Shown here piece after piece: positions 24,385 through 35,485 of a stretch of DNA of 64,000 nucleotides. Made by a program: the position numbers and the translations under genes. Source of the stretch: Phoronis australis (lineage: Eukaryota; Animalia; Phoronida); NCBI GenBank assembly GCA_002633005.1, contig NMRA01000831.1:51662-115661 (forward strand), in the 5' to 3' direction. Below the pieces are notes generated by a model. It did no database searches. It worked only from the letters and a program-made list of their open reading frames with translations, and was not told the origin of the DNA. Every line of letters begins with the position of its first letter. Position 1 is the first letter of the stretch.

Positions 24385-26076
24385 AGGAGCATGCCACCTA
24401 AAAAACAATCTAATTTGTATCAATTTAGATTGAGTACTTCTACTCCATAACAGCACGTTCGGTTGCGTTACCAGACACCTGACGGCACACGGAGGTGTAG
24501 AAATTATCCAGTGACGTAATTGGTTTCACACGCAGTCTGTTAGCAGTTCACAACACGGGTTACTGGTGTCAGCTTATCGCTTGAAGTCATCGTTTAACAC
24601 CAATAAATCATCAAACTTCGATGTAAAACCATTAAAAATACACCGAGTTCTTACAAAAACGTGTTGTTTTATTTCCATTGTTGCGGATTTATTGGTATTT
24701 GGACACACCGTAGCCTACAAAGTTCGGCAGGCCAATAAGGTGCATAGCATGAGTTTGGGGTCTGTTCGGAGATAAATTCGAAGTATTTTTCGATGAGATA
24801 CTGACAGGAGAACCTAGATCTGTTTTGTTTAGACTTGTGATTTTTTTGAGTTCTAAACATACAAAACGCTTGTTATCCTGGCCAATGGCTCGGAGCCCGA
24901 TCACTAGGCCACTCGGGCCGGCCAGCCGGCCGCATTGACTCCGAGCGTTATCCCGGCCAGTGGCTCGGAAACTGATTAGACATCAAGAACATAAACCAGC
25001 CAAAGTTGGAAACTAAACTTCCAGTCAAGAAAATACTATACTAGTGAGCCAAAGTAATGTGCACGTGATTATGTTGTTGGTGAATTAGCCACGAAACTGC
25101 AAATCTACTTACTCGTCGGGGGCCGCGAATTCAGGTTCTGATACAATGAGTTGTCCACAGCACCGGCCCTCAGGGCAGAAGTTGTACATTGACAATCATT
25201 ATTTGAATAATGTAAATGTAAATAATGATTCCCAAATACCTGGCCGTGGGATGGAAATGAGTTATTTCACAACAGTTTCTGCTAGCAAACACTAAATTAG
25301 CATGAGCTCACACGGCCTCAGTGTCCCGTTGATAGCACCTAAAGCCGGTAACGCTGTGATTTATCTATTGCTGGCTTCTCAAATCATTTGCAGTCACGAA
25401 CACTCCAAAGGCATTACAAATTGCATCTAATGAGACAGACTTTGTTTCACTTTTATATAAGTATTGGTTAGGGTGAGAATAATTCATTTTGAAACAGAAC
25501 GCTCAGTAATAAATGTCAACGTGGCAACTCGCAATCCTGAGACACGAGCTCATCAGTCCTGACGAAGACTTCGCAGGTGGATCGTTAAGTTTCACAGGCT
25601 ATCAGTTTGAACAGGAATACAGTGATGAAGAAATACTAGATAGTCGCCGTGAACAAGCTCAAACGACAAAACGTAAGGATAGTTATTTGGTAAGCCGGCA
25701 TTCGTCAGGCACTGTCGATGCCGGACTGCAGGCCACTGACACGGAGATGTTTCACGGCCTCTTACTTGCTATTGACAGCGTATTTTTCATTCTTCACTAC
25801 TGCGAGCCACTTCCTAAGCATTTCAGACTCTCGAGGACGTCCAAAAATACGATATACCCGCTTTCCTCGCAGCTGCATAGTTCGGGCAAGAGGGAATGAT
25901 GCACCGCAACATAGCGGCATTCACTCTACAGACGAACCACTGACGTCGTTTCTCACCTTCCTCACAGGTTAACGCGACACCTCTTGGCAAGGTAAGGTCG
26001 ACCATATGCGAGGTGATGTGGATATAGACCGATTAAGACGGCAAAAAACACTAATTAAATCAGGTGGCATTCTCCT
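24385..26076. mobile_element. Kolobok non-autonomous element, family 3, copy 1
   Basis: TTAA TSD. TIR AGGAGCATGCCACCT / AGGTGGCATTCTCCT. Convergent relics: KolX-like start (+, DEDF..GYQFEQEYSDEEI) and THAP start (-, C..CPNY...EMLRKWLAVVK...HLRV). Confidence 0.85.
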
Positions 26077-26799
26077 TTAAGCCTTGTTTGATATGAAGTG
26101 GATGTGAAATGGCTGGAGCCAGAGGCCAAAAAACACAAATCTAGTACATGCAGGGGAAGCTGTGATGGTAGCTAGCATTGGACGATGCCCAAACAACCAC
26201 AACTAACACCAATTTTGTGATCTTGAGTCACTTCATTGGCTGCAGCTTGCTTTGCATTTCAAATATAAAGCACCCCCAGCAGGTGGTGACGGAGCATAAA
26301 GAAAAATACCAACTGTAGGCATCCAACTTCAGAACATGTTTAGCAGGTTCTTTAAAGATCTCTACACACATGTCTTGTAATCTGACAACAAAAAAGTTTG
26401 CCGCACACACAAAAGTTTAGCTCCACTTTAGCTGTGGTGGGAACAGGTAACGCTGCTTTTTTGACATGAATGAGCCAAATCCGACCGATCTTGTTGTCTA
26501 CTTGAAATTGATGAAACTGAACTCACACACCCTCATGAAGCTTGTGGTATGCAACAACTTGCAGGCATACTCAATAAGATTCATGGAAAGACAAAAACGA
26601 TCTCATCTTATTACAAGCTGGACCACAAACAACACTTCCAGAGTGATTCAAGCCTAATCAATTAGAAACCGGCGGGACTTCACTCAGCACTTGTCTGGAT
26701 GTTCTCATTAAAATAGACTGAATTTTGCACTAGTTGCTGCTTTCATTCAAGACAAAATCTAGATTATTACTAGAGCAGGAACAATTTTGTTGGGCTTAC

Positions 26800-26869
26800 C
26801 TTGACGTCAATGTTTTTTGTGCACCCAAAACACTGCCTGAGTTACCAGAGCAAAGCACCTTTAGTTCAT
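26800..26869 (-). CDS. Candidate small downstream (linker) exon of the tandem-DED gene
   Basis: TTTACTACAG acceptor and AG|GTAAGC donor. Open only in the phase-1 frame expected after exon 30858-30617 ((D)ELKVLCSGNSGSVLGAQKTLTS). No homology support. Confidence 0.3.
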
Positions 26870-27654
26870 CTGTAGTAAAGAATAGGCACTTAAATTGCAA
26901 TCATTAAGTAATTGTTCATGTTAACAAAGACATGTGACTAATAGCTCATTCTCAAACAAATCCCACCTTCAGTTAAGCCCAAAGAAGGACTTCTGAATAG
27001 AAACAGTCAGGAAAAACAACCAAGCAGTATGATTTGGGTTGTAGTACATGTGAAAGAAAACCCTTTAGACCATATTGTGTCATATAACATGAAACATGTT
27101 CTAGACTTGCCCCTTCAACGTACGATAATGTTCTACTAATTCAGCAAAAAATATAGCCGACAAGTGAAATTCCATAATGTTAAATTTCTCCACAAAAATA
27201 ATAGAAAATTCCAGAACGGATCTTCAAAGGCTAAAGGTCAAGATAAAGGAAGCTTGTTTTCTTATTTGCTATTGTGTCTCGTTGACGTAATTGTTAAAAG
27301 TTTAGACAAAGTGTACTCAATTGTCTTTAAAGAAAATGCTAAGATATCAACCAAGGTGACTGTTGAGATAGAGTTCATGACTCCTGAGTAACAGTGGTTT
27401 ATTATACTTTTCACTATCTTTTTAGTATCATCCAATAAACAGAAACAGTAACAAGCTCAGTGGTCATTTCTTTTGAATTCACCATGGTTACAAAGACATA
27501 GAATAAAAGGTGAGAAACAAATTGCCACACAGGGCACAGTGGTAGTGGAATTCATCCTAAAGTTGTCGCCATCCACAGTTATGGTACTCAGCTGCGTTCA
27601 AAATACACGCTGGCCTGGTGGCCCGGGGTCAGAGGATTTGTGGCCAGGACACTA

Positions 27655-27905
27655 ACAGGTGGTTTACAGTTAAACCTGGTTTAAACTGTACTTAGACCAG
27701 GTTTAAAGATAATCTGCATTTCATAAAGTTGGTTTAACTTTTAGACCAGTGGTCTAGTAAAACCTGGTTTAACTCCAGTTTAAACCTGGTCTAAGTAAGT
27801 TTTCATTTCACCAACGAGGTCTATATTCTTTAGACCTGTATTAAGATCTTAAACCATGTACAATTCATTACCTTAGACATGGTCAGACCCAGGTTTAACT
27901 GTTAA
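27655..27905. repeat. Palindromic AAACCTGGT/ACCAGGTTT repeat cluster (possible Harbinger-type MITE end)
   Basis: Multiple TAAACCTGGTTTAA and TAGACCAGGTTTAA motifs in both orientations. A related end lies at ~29833-29869. Confidence 0.45.
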
Positions 27906-28032
27906 ATATGTCAGACTTGCATGGTATAGGTACAAGTGAATGATGCCGCGGAGTGCATTTGCGACGCAGTTTTAGAGTGAAAATGGACTATTTTCAATAT
28001 TCAGTTTTACTATGACACAAGATCAAACGTAG

Positions 28033-28180
28033 CAGGGTCAGATCCAGGATTTTTTAAAGGGGGGGGACGGTCAAGGACTTTTTGAAAGGGGGGCCAAGTC
28101 AACAATTATAGATTTGATATCACTAAAATCAAGGGAAAAAGGGGACTCCGGAACCCATGACCCCCGTGGATTCGCCTATG
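28033..28180. mobile_element. MITE with 5-bp TSD (hAT5-like)
   Basis: Perfect CGTAG TSD. Termini CAGGGTCAGATCCAGG / GGATTCGCCTATG. Confidence 0.75.
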
Positions 28181-28317
28181 CGTAGACCACTACTTGCTGG
28201 AGTGTGCCCAGTGGATTTCTCTAAATACGACTGGTCGAGCAGGGCGTCATCGTCGTAAGCACTACGGATTTGACTAAAGATAGTATCTTCTGATTCTTCT
28301 GGCTGAGTTCCACCTCC

Positions 28318-29178
28318 NNNNNNNNNNNNNNNNNNNNNNNNNNNNNNNNNNNNNNNNNNNNNNNNNNNNNNNNNNNNNNNNNNNNNNNNNNNNNNNNNNN
28401 NNNNNNNNNNNNNNNNNNNNNNNNNNNNNNNNNNNNNNNNNNNNNNNNNNNNNNNNNNNNNNNNNNNNNNNNNNNNNNNNNNNNNNNNNNNNNNNNNNNN
28501 NNNNNNNNNNNNNNNNNNNNNNNNNNNNNNNNNNNNNNNNNNNNNNNNNNNNNNNNNNNNNNNNNNNNNNNNNNNNNNNNNNNNNNNNNNNNNNNNNNNN
28601 NNNNNNNNNNNNNNNNNNNNNNNNNNNNNNNNNNNNNNNNNNNNNNNNNNNNNNNNNNNNNNNNNNNNNNNNNNNNNNNNNNNNNNNNNNNNNNNNNNNN
28701 NNNNNNNNNNNNNNNNNNNNNNNNNNNNNNNNNNNNNNNNNNNNNNNNNNNNNNNNNNNNNNNNNNNNNNNNNNNNNNNNNNNNNNNNNNNNNNNNNNNN
28801 NNNNNNNNNNNNNNNNNNNNNNNNNNNNNNNNNNNNNNNNNNNNNNNNNNNNNNNNNNNNNNNNNNNNNNNNNNNNNNNNNNNNNNNNNNNNNNNNNNNN
28901 NNNNNNNNNNNNNNNNNNNNNNNNNNNNNNNNNNNNNNNNNNNNNNNNNNNNNNNNNNNNNNNNNNNNNNNNNNNNNNNNNNNNNNNNNNNNNNNNNNNN
29001 NNNNNNNNNNNNNNNNNNNNNNNNNNNNNNNNNNNNNNNNNNNNNNNNNNNNNNNNNNNNNNNNNNNNNNNNNNNNNNNNNNNNNNNNNNNNNNNNNNNN
29101 NNNNNNNNNNNNNNNNNNNNNNNNNNNNNNNNNNNNNNNNNNNNNNNNNNNNNNNNNNNNNNNNNNNNNNNNNNNNNN
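28318..29178. other. Assembly gap (N run)
   Basis: Run of N. Confidence 1.
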
Positions 29179-29828
29179 CAAAGGCATTACAAATTGCATC
29201 TAATGAGACAGACTTTGTTTCAGTTTTATTGGTTAGGGTGAGAATAATTCATTTTGAAACAGAACGCTCAGTAATAAACGCCAAAATGGCAACTCGCAAT
29301 CCCGACTTAGGACGAGCTAGAGCTCATCAGCCCCGATTTCACAGGTGGATCGTTAAGTTCTACAGGCTATCAATTCGAACAGGAATACAGTGATGAATAA
29401 ATACTAAAGAGGCGCCGTGAACAAGCTCAGACAACGGAACGTATGGAGTTATTTGGTAAGCCGGCATTCGTCAGGCACGGTCGATGTCTGCTGGCCACAG
29501 ACACGGAGATGTTTCACGGCCTCATTCTTGCTATTTACAGTGTACATTTCATTCTTCACTACCATGAGCCACTTCCGAGGAAGTAAAAAAAACGTTATAC
29601 CCGCTTTCCTCACAGCTGCTTAGCTCGGATAAGCGGGAACGATGCACCGCAACATAGCGGCATTCACTCTGCATATGAACCACTGACATCGCTAGCGTCG
29701 TTTCTCACCTTCCTCACAGGTTAACGCGACACCTCTTGGCAAGGTAAGGTCGACCGTATGCGACGCGATGTGGATATAGACCGATTAAGATGGCAAAAAA
29801 GACTAATTAAATCGGGTGGCATTCTCCT
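29179..29828. mobile_element. Kolobok family 3, copy 2 (right part; remainder in gap)
   Basis: Colinear with 25406-26076. Ends GGTGGCATTCTCCT-TTAA. Confidence 0.85.
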
Positions 29829-30616
29829 TTAAATCTGGTTTTGTTAAACCACCTTCATGAAATTGGCTGTAAAATTTCACATATAGGCCTTATGTGGTTG
29901 TGGTCTCGTATTTAAATAACTGGCCTAGCGGGCCAGCACATTCACTTGCTGAAGCTCAAACACAAGTAATCAGATAGAAATGCGTTAATTTGAAAAATTT
30001 AAGGGATAAGGGATCATGAGATACAGCCGCGGCTGAAAAAACCTGCCGCTAGGAAGCACTACAGTAATCCAAGTCTTTCAGAACTCGTTCACATCCCTCC
30101 TCTTTCCAGTAGGAAAACATATGGCAATTTTCATTTATAGTCTTTAAAATAGTTTAACTGATAGAAAGAGAAAGACACCACAGACTCAGAAATAATAAAA
30201 TTGGCCACTAGGTGGTGCAAATCTGCCCAAAACTGGGAAGGTGTCATCTGCCAAATTTCATGAACATCTGCCAAGGAGATTGCATAAAAAAGTCGAGAAC
30301 AGCAGTTGAAGTCATGACTAAGGAAGTCTTGATGGTTATATTATATATTAAAATCATTACAAAAACAGGAAAAGAGATAGCCGATTCCATCACCGGAACC
30401 CTTTTCAAAAGGGCCCCATACAGCTTAACAAGAAGTGTTATTTCATAAGACCAATGCCGAAACCGTTGATATGTGCCCACCAAGTGTATCGCATACAGCA
30501 CAAATAGTACAGGGATGATTATTATAGTTATTTTAAACATTCCCAATAGAGGGAGGAACACCTAGAAACTATATGTGAGAAAAACAGATGTCTAAAAGAA
30601 AATTCAGTGATTATAC

Positions 30617-30858
30617 CTTTATATGCCTTGATCTCTTCAGCCAGTGTCTTTTTACTGGAACTATCCGCATACTTTCTGAGCAATTCCAGAACATCCTTAG
30701 GTTCTTTTGTAACACGCTCTATTAAGTTAAACAAACCATACACGTCTCTGCATTTGTCGACGTCACTAGATTCTCCAACTTCTTGCAGATTCAGAAAATA
30801 TTTTAAATCACAAACATCATCCTCTAGCAGATTGCCAGCAATTTTATACAGGAGGCGC
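30617..30858 (-). CDS. Death effector domain 2 exon of caspase-8/10/cFLIP-like gene
   Basis: Acceptor TTCTTTGTGTTTTAG and donor G|GTATAA. RLLYKIAGNLLEDDVCDLKYFL...KCRDVYGLFNLIE...ELLRKY is a DED-like helix pattern. Phase-compatible with the upstream exon (AG+G = Arg). Confidence 0.8.
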
Positions 30859-30989
30859 CTAAAACACAAAGAAAATCAATAAGAACCAGTTTCAAACAAA
30901 TCTATAACTGTAATTACAGTACATCAGCAAATTCATTACACAGAGAAGTTTTGGGACATGGAAGTGTGCATTATACATGAAACATCATG

Positions 30990-31275
30990 TGCTCCCCCTA
31001 TCCCCGGGTTATGCAGAGGGTACACTGACCACATGGGCATTTCATTGATATTGACCTAAAAGAATTGGGCAGGGCTTCTGCCCTATCCCTGGGTTACGGC
31101 GGGGGTGCGTCAACCACATGGGTATTCATTGATGTTGACCTAAAAAATCGGGCAGGACTTGAGCCCTATCTTTGGGTTATGGCGGGTAATTATGCCGGAC
31201 TCATATAGATTTCATTGATGTTCACCCAAAAAATGGGCAGGGATTCCAACCCCATCCCCGGGTTATAGTGGTGGT
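30990..31275. repeat. Minisatellite, ~85-bp unit, ~3.3 copies
   Basis: CCCTATCCCCGGGTTA...TTCATTGATGTTGACCTAAAA..GGGCAGG recurs at ~30996, 31081, 31164 and 31250. Confidence 0.8.
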
Positions 31276-31389
31276 CTGCAGGCCAAGAGGGCATTTTGTG
31301 AGCATTTAGGTCGAAGAACCGTATCATAATTTGTGGCTTGCAAAATAAAAATCGTGCAATAACTTTTTACACTTGCGACGTGGTGTGAG

Positions 31390-31416
31390 NNNNNNNNNNN
31401 NNNNNNNNNNNNNNNN
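31390..31416. other. Assembly gap (N run)
   Basis: Run of N. Confidence 1.
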
Positions 31417-31469
31417 AAACTGAATTGAGTTGAGCTGTCTCAAATATCCAATATGAACTCAAGGTTTAA

Positions 31470-32909
31470 AGGAGAGTGCCACCCGACTTAATTAGTGTTT
31501 TTTACCGTCTTAATTGGTCTATATACACATCGCCTCTTATACGGTCGACCTCACCTTGCCGAGAGGTGTCGCGTTAACCTGTGAGGAAGGTGAGAGACGA
31601 CGCAGAGATGTCAGTGGCTCGTCTGCAGAGTGAATGCCGCTATATCGCAGTGCATCGGTTCCCGCTTGTCCGAACTATGAAGCTGCGAAGAAAGCGGGTA
31701 TATAACCCGAAATGCTTAGGAAGAGGCTCGTGGTAGTGAAGAAAGAAAGGTATCCTGTTAATAGCAAGTATGAGGCCATGAAACATCTCCGTGTCTGTGG
31801 CTGGCATTTTGTCGACAGTGATTTCTCTGAAAAATTCCGGCTTACCAAAGAACTATCCATACGTTCCGTTGCCTGTGCATGTTCACAGCGCCTCTCTAGT
31901 ACTTCTTGATCAATGTATTCCGGTTCAAATTGATAGCTGTGAAACCTACTGATCCGATCTGTGAAGTCTTCGTCAGATGAGCTTTTGACTAAGTCAGGAT
32001 TGGCGCCGGGCGAGTTGCCATGTAGGCGTTATCATTCTGCGTTCCGTTTCAAAATGAATTATTCTCATCCTAACCAATACTTATATAAAACTGAAACAAA
32101 GTCTGTCCCATTAGATATAATTTGTAATGCCTTTGCAGTATTTGTGAGTGCAAATGTTGAGAAGCCAGTAATGAATAAACCACTGCGTTACTGGTTTTTG
32201 ATGCCGGCAATTACCGGGCACCAAGGCTGTGTGAGCGCATGCTAATTCAGTGTTTGCTGACAGAAAGCTGTTGTGAAACAATTACTCGATTTTATATCTA
32301 TGGTCACATGTTAGGGGAATCTATATTCAGAAATTCAAATCCTTGTTACTGTACAACCTTTGCCCTGACGGTCTGTGGAAGGGGAACCCAACTTTGCGGC
32401 CCCCGACAATTAGTAAGTAGATTTTCAGTTTGGTGGCTAATTCCCATTATTTCTTTGGATAACTATTATAGTCTTTTCCTGACTGTCGGTTTAGTTTCCA
32501 ACTCAAGCTGGTTTATGTTCGTGCCAGTCCTGGCTGCCGCGACGGGCCTGATCGGGTTTCGAGCCACTGGCCACCGGGAGAATGAGTCAGTCCAGCCGCG
32601 ACGGGCCTGATCGGGTTCCGAGCCACTGGCCGCAGGGATAATGAGTTAGTCCGGCTGCGATGGGCTTGATCGGGTTCCGAGCCCTGGTCGAGATAGCAAG
32701 CGTTTTGTGTGTTTAGAACTCAAAAAATCATAAATCTAAACAGCACAGTTCTAGGTTCTCCTGCCAGTATTTCACGGAAGAATACTTCGAATTTATCTCC
32801 GAACAGACACCAAACTCATGCTATGGACCTTGGTAAATTGGCCTGCCGAACTTTGTAGGCTACGGTGTGTCCAAATAAAAATAATTGTTTTTTGGGGTGG
32901 CATACTTCT
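31470..32909. mobile_element. Kolobok family 3, copy 3 (inverted relative to copy 1)
   Basis: TTAA TSD. TIR AGGAGAGTGCCACC / GGTGGCATACTTCT. Plus-strand THAP relic VPACPNYE...HLRVCGWHFVDSDF. ~60-bp tandem repeat x3 at 32535-32690. Confidence 0.85.
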
Positions 32910-33741
32910 TTAAATTTATTATTTTCATAGTGCATGAATCTCTCCGTCCCCATTACTATAGCAATTTTCAGCACATAATTTGTCGATTCAATATGCCTAT
33001 GAATTGTTTGAGACTTGACACTGACTTTCTAGGAGTAAAAGCCGCAGACGACAACATGAAAATTGAGTTTGGGATCTGTTTTTAAATCAAAATGCATCAT
33101 GTCATACGTTGTTAGATTTCTATATGTCGCAAGTGTAAAAAGTTTTTTGTGAAAAACTGGGAGTTTGCCGCCAAAATAGTCTTCTAATCGTCGTTTTGAA
33201 ATTGTCATGGACAGACGACAAGCAGCAGCATCTACACGAGATCTCAGTATGAAGCGAGAAATGGTCAATTACCAAGAATGCTGACCACTCCTACACAGCT
33301 GAACATTTCATTGCGGTAAGAGTGATTTCAGGGGGAGTGACAGACATGAAATGGAATATTCGCTAACTATTTTTAGGACTCGGAATCGAAGTGAGGATCT
33401 CCTTTGAGACTTGATTCAAGCTGATTGTGAGTCGACATGCGAGTAGGTACCCAAAATTAGTGTTTGTTGTCAAGTTGCTAAAGCACTCGCCAAGTTGGCG
33501 AATGGACTATTAACTCTACCATCAGCAGTGTCGCTCAGATTTCGCCAATGGTGAGTTAGCGAGCGGCTAGTGCAAGCCAAGTAGTTATAAAATGAATATT
33601 TTGGGAAATTGGAGTAAGCGTTTAGCCAAAAGACCTATGACATATTTCCTGGCACGAGCAGAGTAAAAAGACCACTTGGTGATTTGGAAACCGAATGAAG
33701 GAGTGCTCAAAAAAGTTTGACTGATGGAGTATTTGTCCTAA

Positions 33742-34395
33742 TTTTTATTTATTTATTTATTTATTTATTTATTGTGATATTTAAAATGAGAGTGGCCTCT
33801 TCAGTGATAGCACTGCTTTCCAAGAGGGCCCTCAACAAGAAAAACAGTAATATAATACAATGAAGTAATAAAACAACAATGAAATATACGTAACAAAGAT
33901 ACAGTTAAAACAGGTTGACAATTAAGACAATAACTAAATGACAAATAATGGTAAAAATTTAACTAAGACAGATGAAATAAATTAAGAGATGATTCTAGAC
34001 AGTGAGAGTATTTACGACAATGAAAAAATGACATGATTAAGACAGGCAGGGTATAAAATGTCAAGTAAATTACAGCCACTTTTTAATATTTATTTTAAAG
34101 GTAGTAATTGAATTGGACCGTTTAATTTCTGGGCTAAAAGAATTCCATGTTATAGCAGCTGCATAGATAAAAGATCTCTTGCCCATCTCGGTTTTAATTC
34201 TTTTAGAATAAACATTGCCAGCAACAGAAGAACGTGTAGAATATACAGCCTGGCTGCTATTGAATTTACTGCTGAGATATGCTGGAGCCAAGCCATTGAT
34301 ACATCTGTACATACAACAGGCAGAGAGATATTTATTTCTTTGTCTTATTTTCATAAATCCCAGCTTGGAATACAAGTCGTTGTTTCCTCTCTGTA
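33742..34395 (-). mobile_element. 5'-truncated L2/CR1-group LINE (ORF2 C-terminus, 3' UTR, (TAAA)n tail)
   Basis: CMYRCINGLAPAYL...YSTRS...MGKRSFIYAAAITWNSFSPEIK...FKINIKKWL, with a (TAAA)n tail at ~33745-33772. Confidence 0.85.
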
Positions 34396-34785
34396 CGCAA
34401 AAGGTACTTATATAAATATATAAATGTAATGGTTTGATCAGAATGCAGCATAATTTGCAGAAAAGCTTCCAGCGTATGAAAACTCTATGGGAGTATCACA
34501 TTCTTTACAGCTATGTAGAGCCGATGGCACTGTCTACTACTTCACATGAAGACACAAACAAAACATCGTCAGACAGTACACCACTAGTTGGCGAGTCGTT
34601 TGAGTTGTGGTAGCTGAATTCCCAGTAAACAGATATTCACAAGGACATGGACAAATGTCACAAAGGTACAAAAATGGGATGGGCATATAACAGAGCGTGG
34701 CTTATTAAAAGTGCAAATTTTGGAGTCATGGACACTGATCTGGACATGTACAGTATACTAATAATTCTATCAAATTCCAATTCAC

Positions 34786-35075
34786 CTGTACTTTGAAATT
34801 CTTTTTGGATGATGTTGATCTGATATCCCAATTTTGTTTAACAGGCGATGCAGATTAGCACATTCCAGCAGTTCAGCCAGGATTGCTTGCCCATCTACTG
34901 TGTTCTTTTCCTGACGGAAGATTAATGCATGTAGTTCTGTTGCATTTTTAACATTACTCAGGTCACTTGGCTCATAAATATCAGAGCACAAAAAAGTAAT
35001 TTTTCTCAAGTCACTTGGCAAAAGTGCTCCATTCAATGTTGCCCACACATAAGTCTTGTCTTGTCTGCCAGCCAT
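34786..35075 (-). CDS. Death effector domain 1 exon (first coding exon) of caspase-8/10/cFLIP-like gene
   Basis: MAGRQDK...ALLPSDLRKITFLCSD...KNATELHALIFRQ...LAELLECANLHRLLNKIG...RISKYR. Acceptor TTGATTTCAG at 35094-5; phase-2 donor AG|GTGAAT at 34785. Confidence 0.8.
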
Positions 35076-35485
35076 ATTTCTGAAACGGTGTTCCTGAAAT
35101 CAATAATCACATAGTGAACAAAGCTATTACAAACTCGTGTCCAGTCAAAAAACAACATTCAAGTGGTTTTTTTGACCTGGAAAGAATTGATAGTTAGTGG
35201 TTAAGGCTCAATGAGTTGTCACGTGACTATGAATGTCACCATTTATATTTGCAAAAAGAACAGTAACGACAATTGACAAATACAAAGGTAGATAACAAGA
35301 GCAACACAGAGCATTGAAATGTACTGTAAATGGTATTTTTAGTATCACGAACATGGCCAATAGATGCGTCAAACCCATCAGAATTGAAAAGGAAGCACTA
35401 TCTGTAATACAGAACTATCTGCCAAATTTCATGAAAATAAGCCAAGGAACTCCTAAGACTTGAAGGTAAACGTAAAAAACAACTA

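Noticed and set aside
28129-29199. 356-aa ORF, the longest in the track
   Set aside because: Artefact of translating through the N gap.
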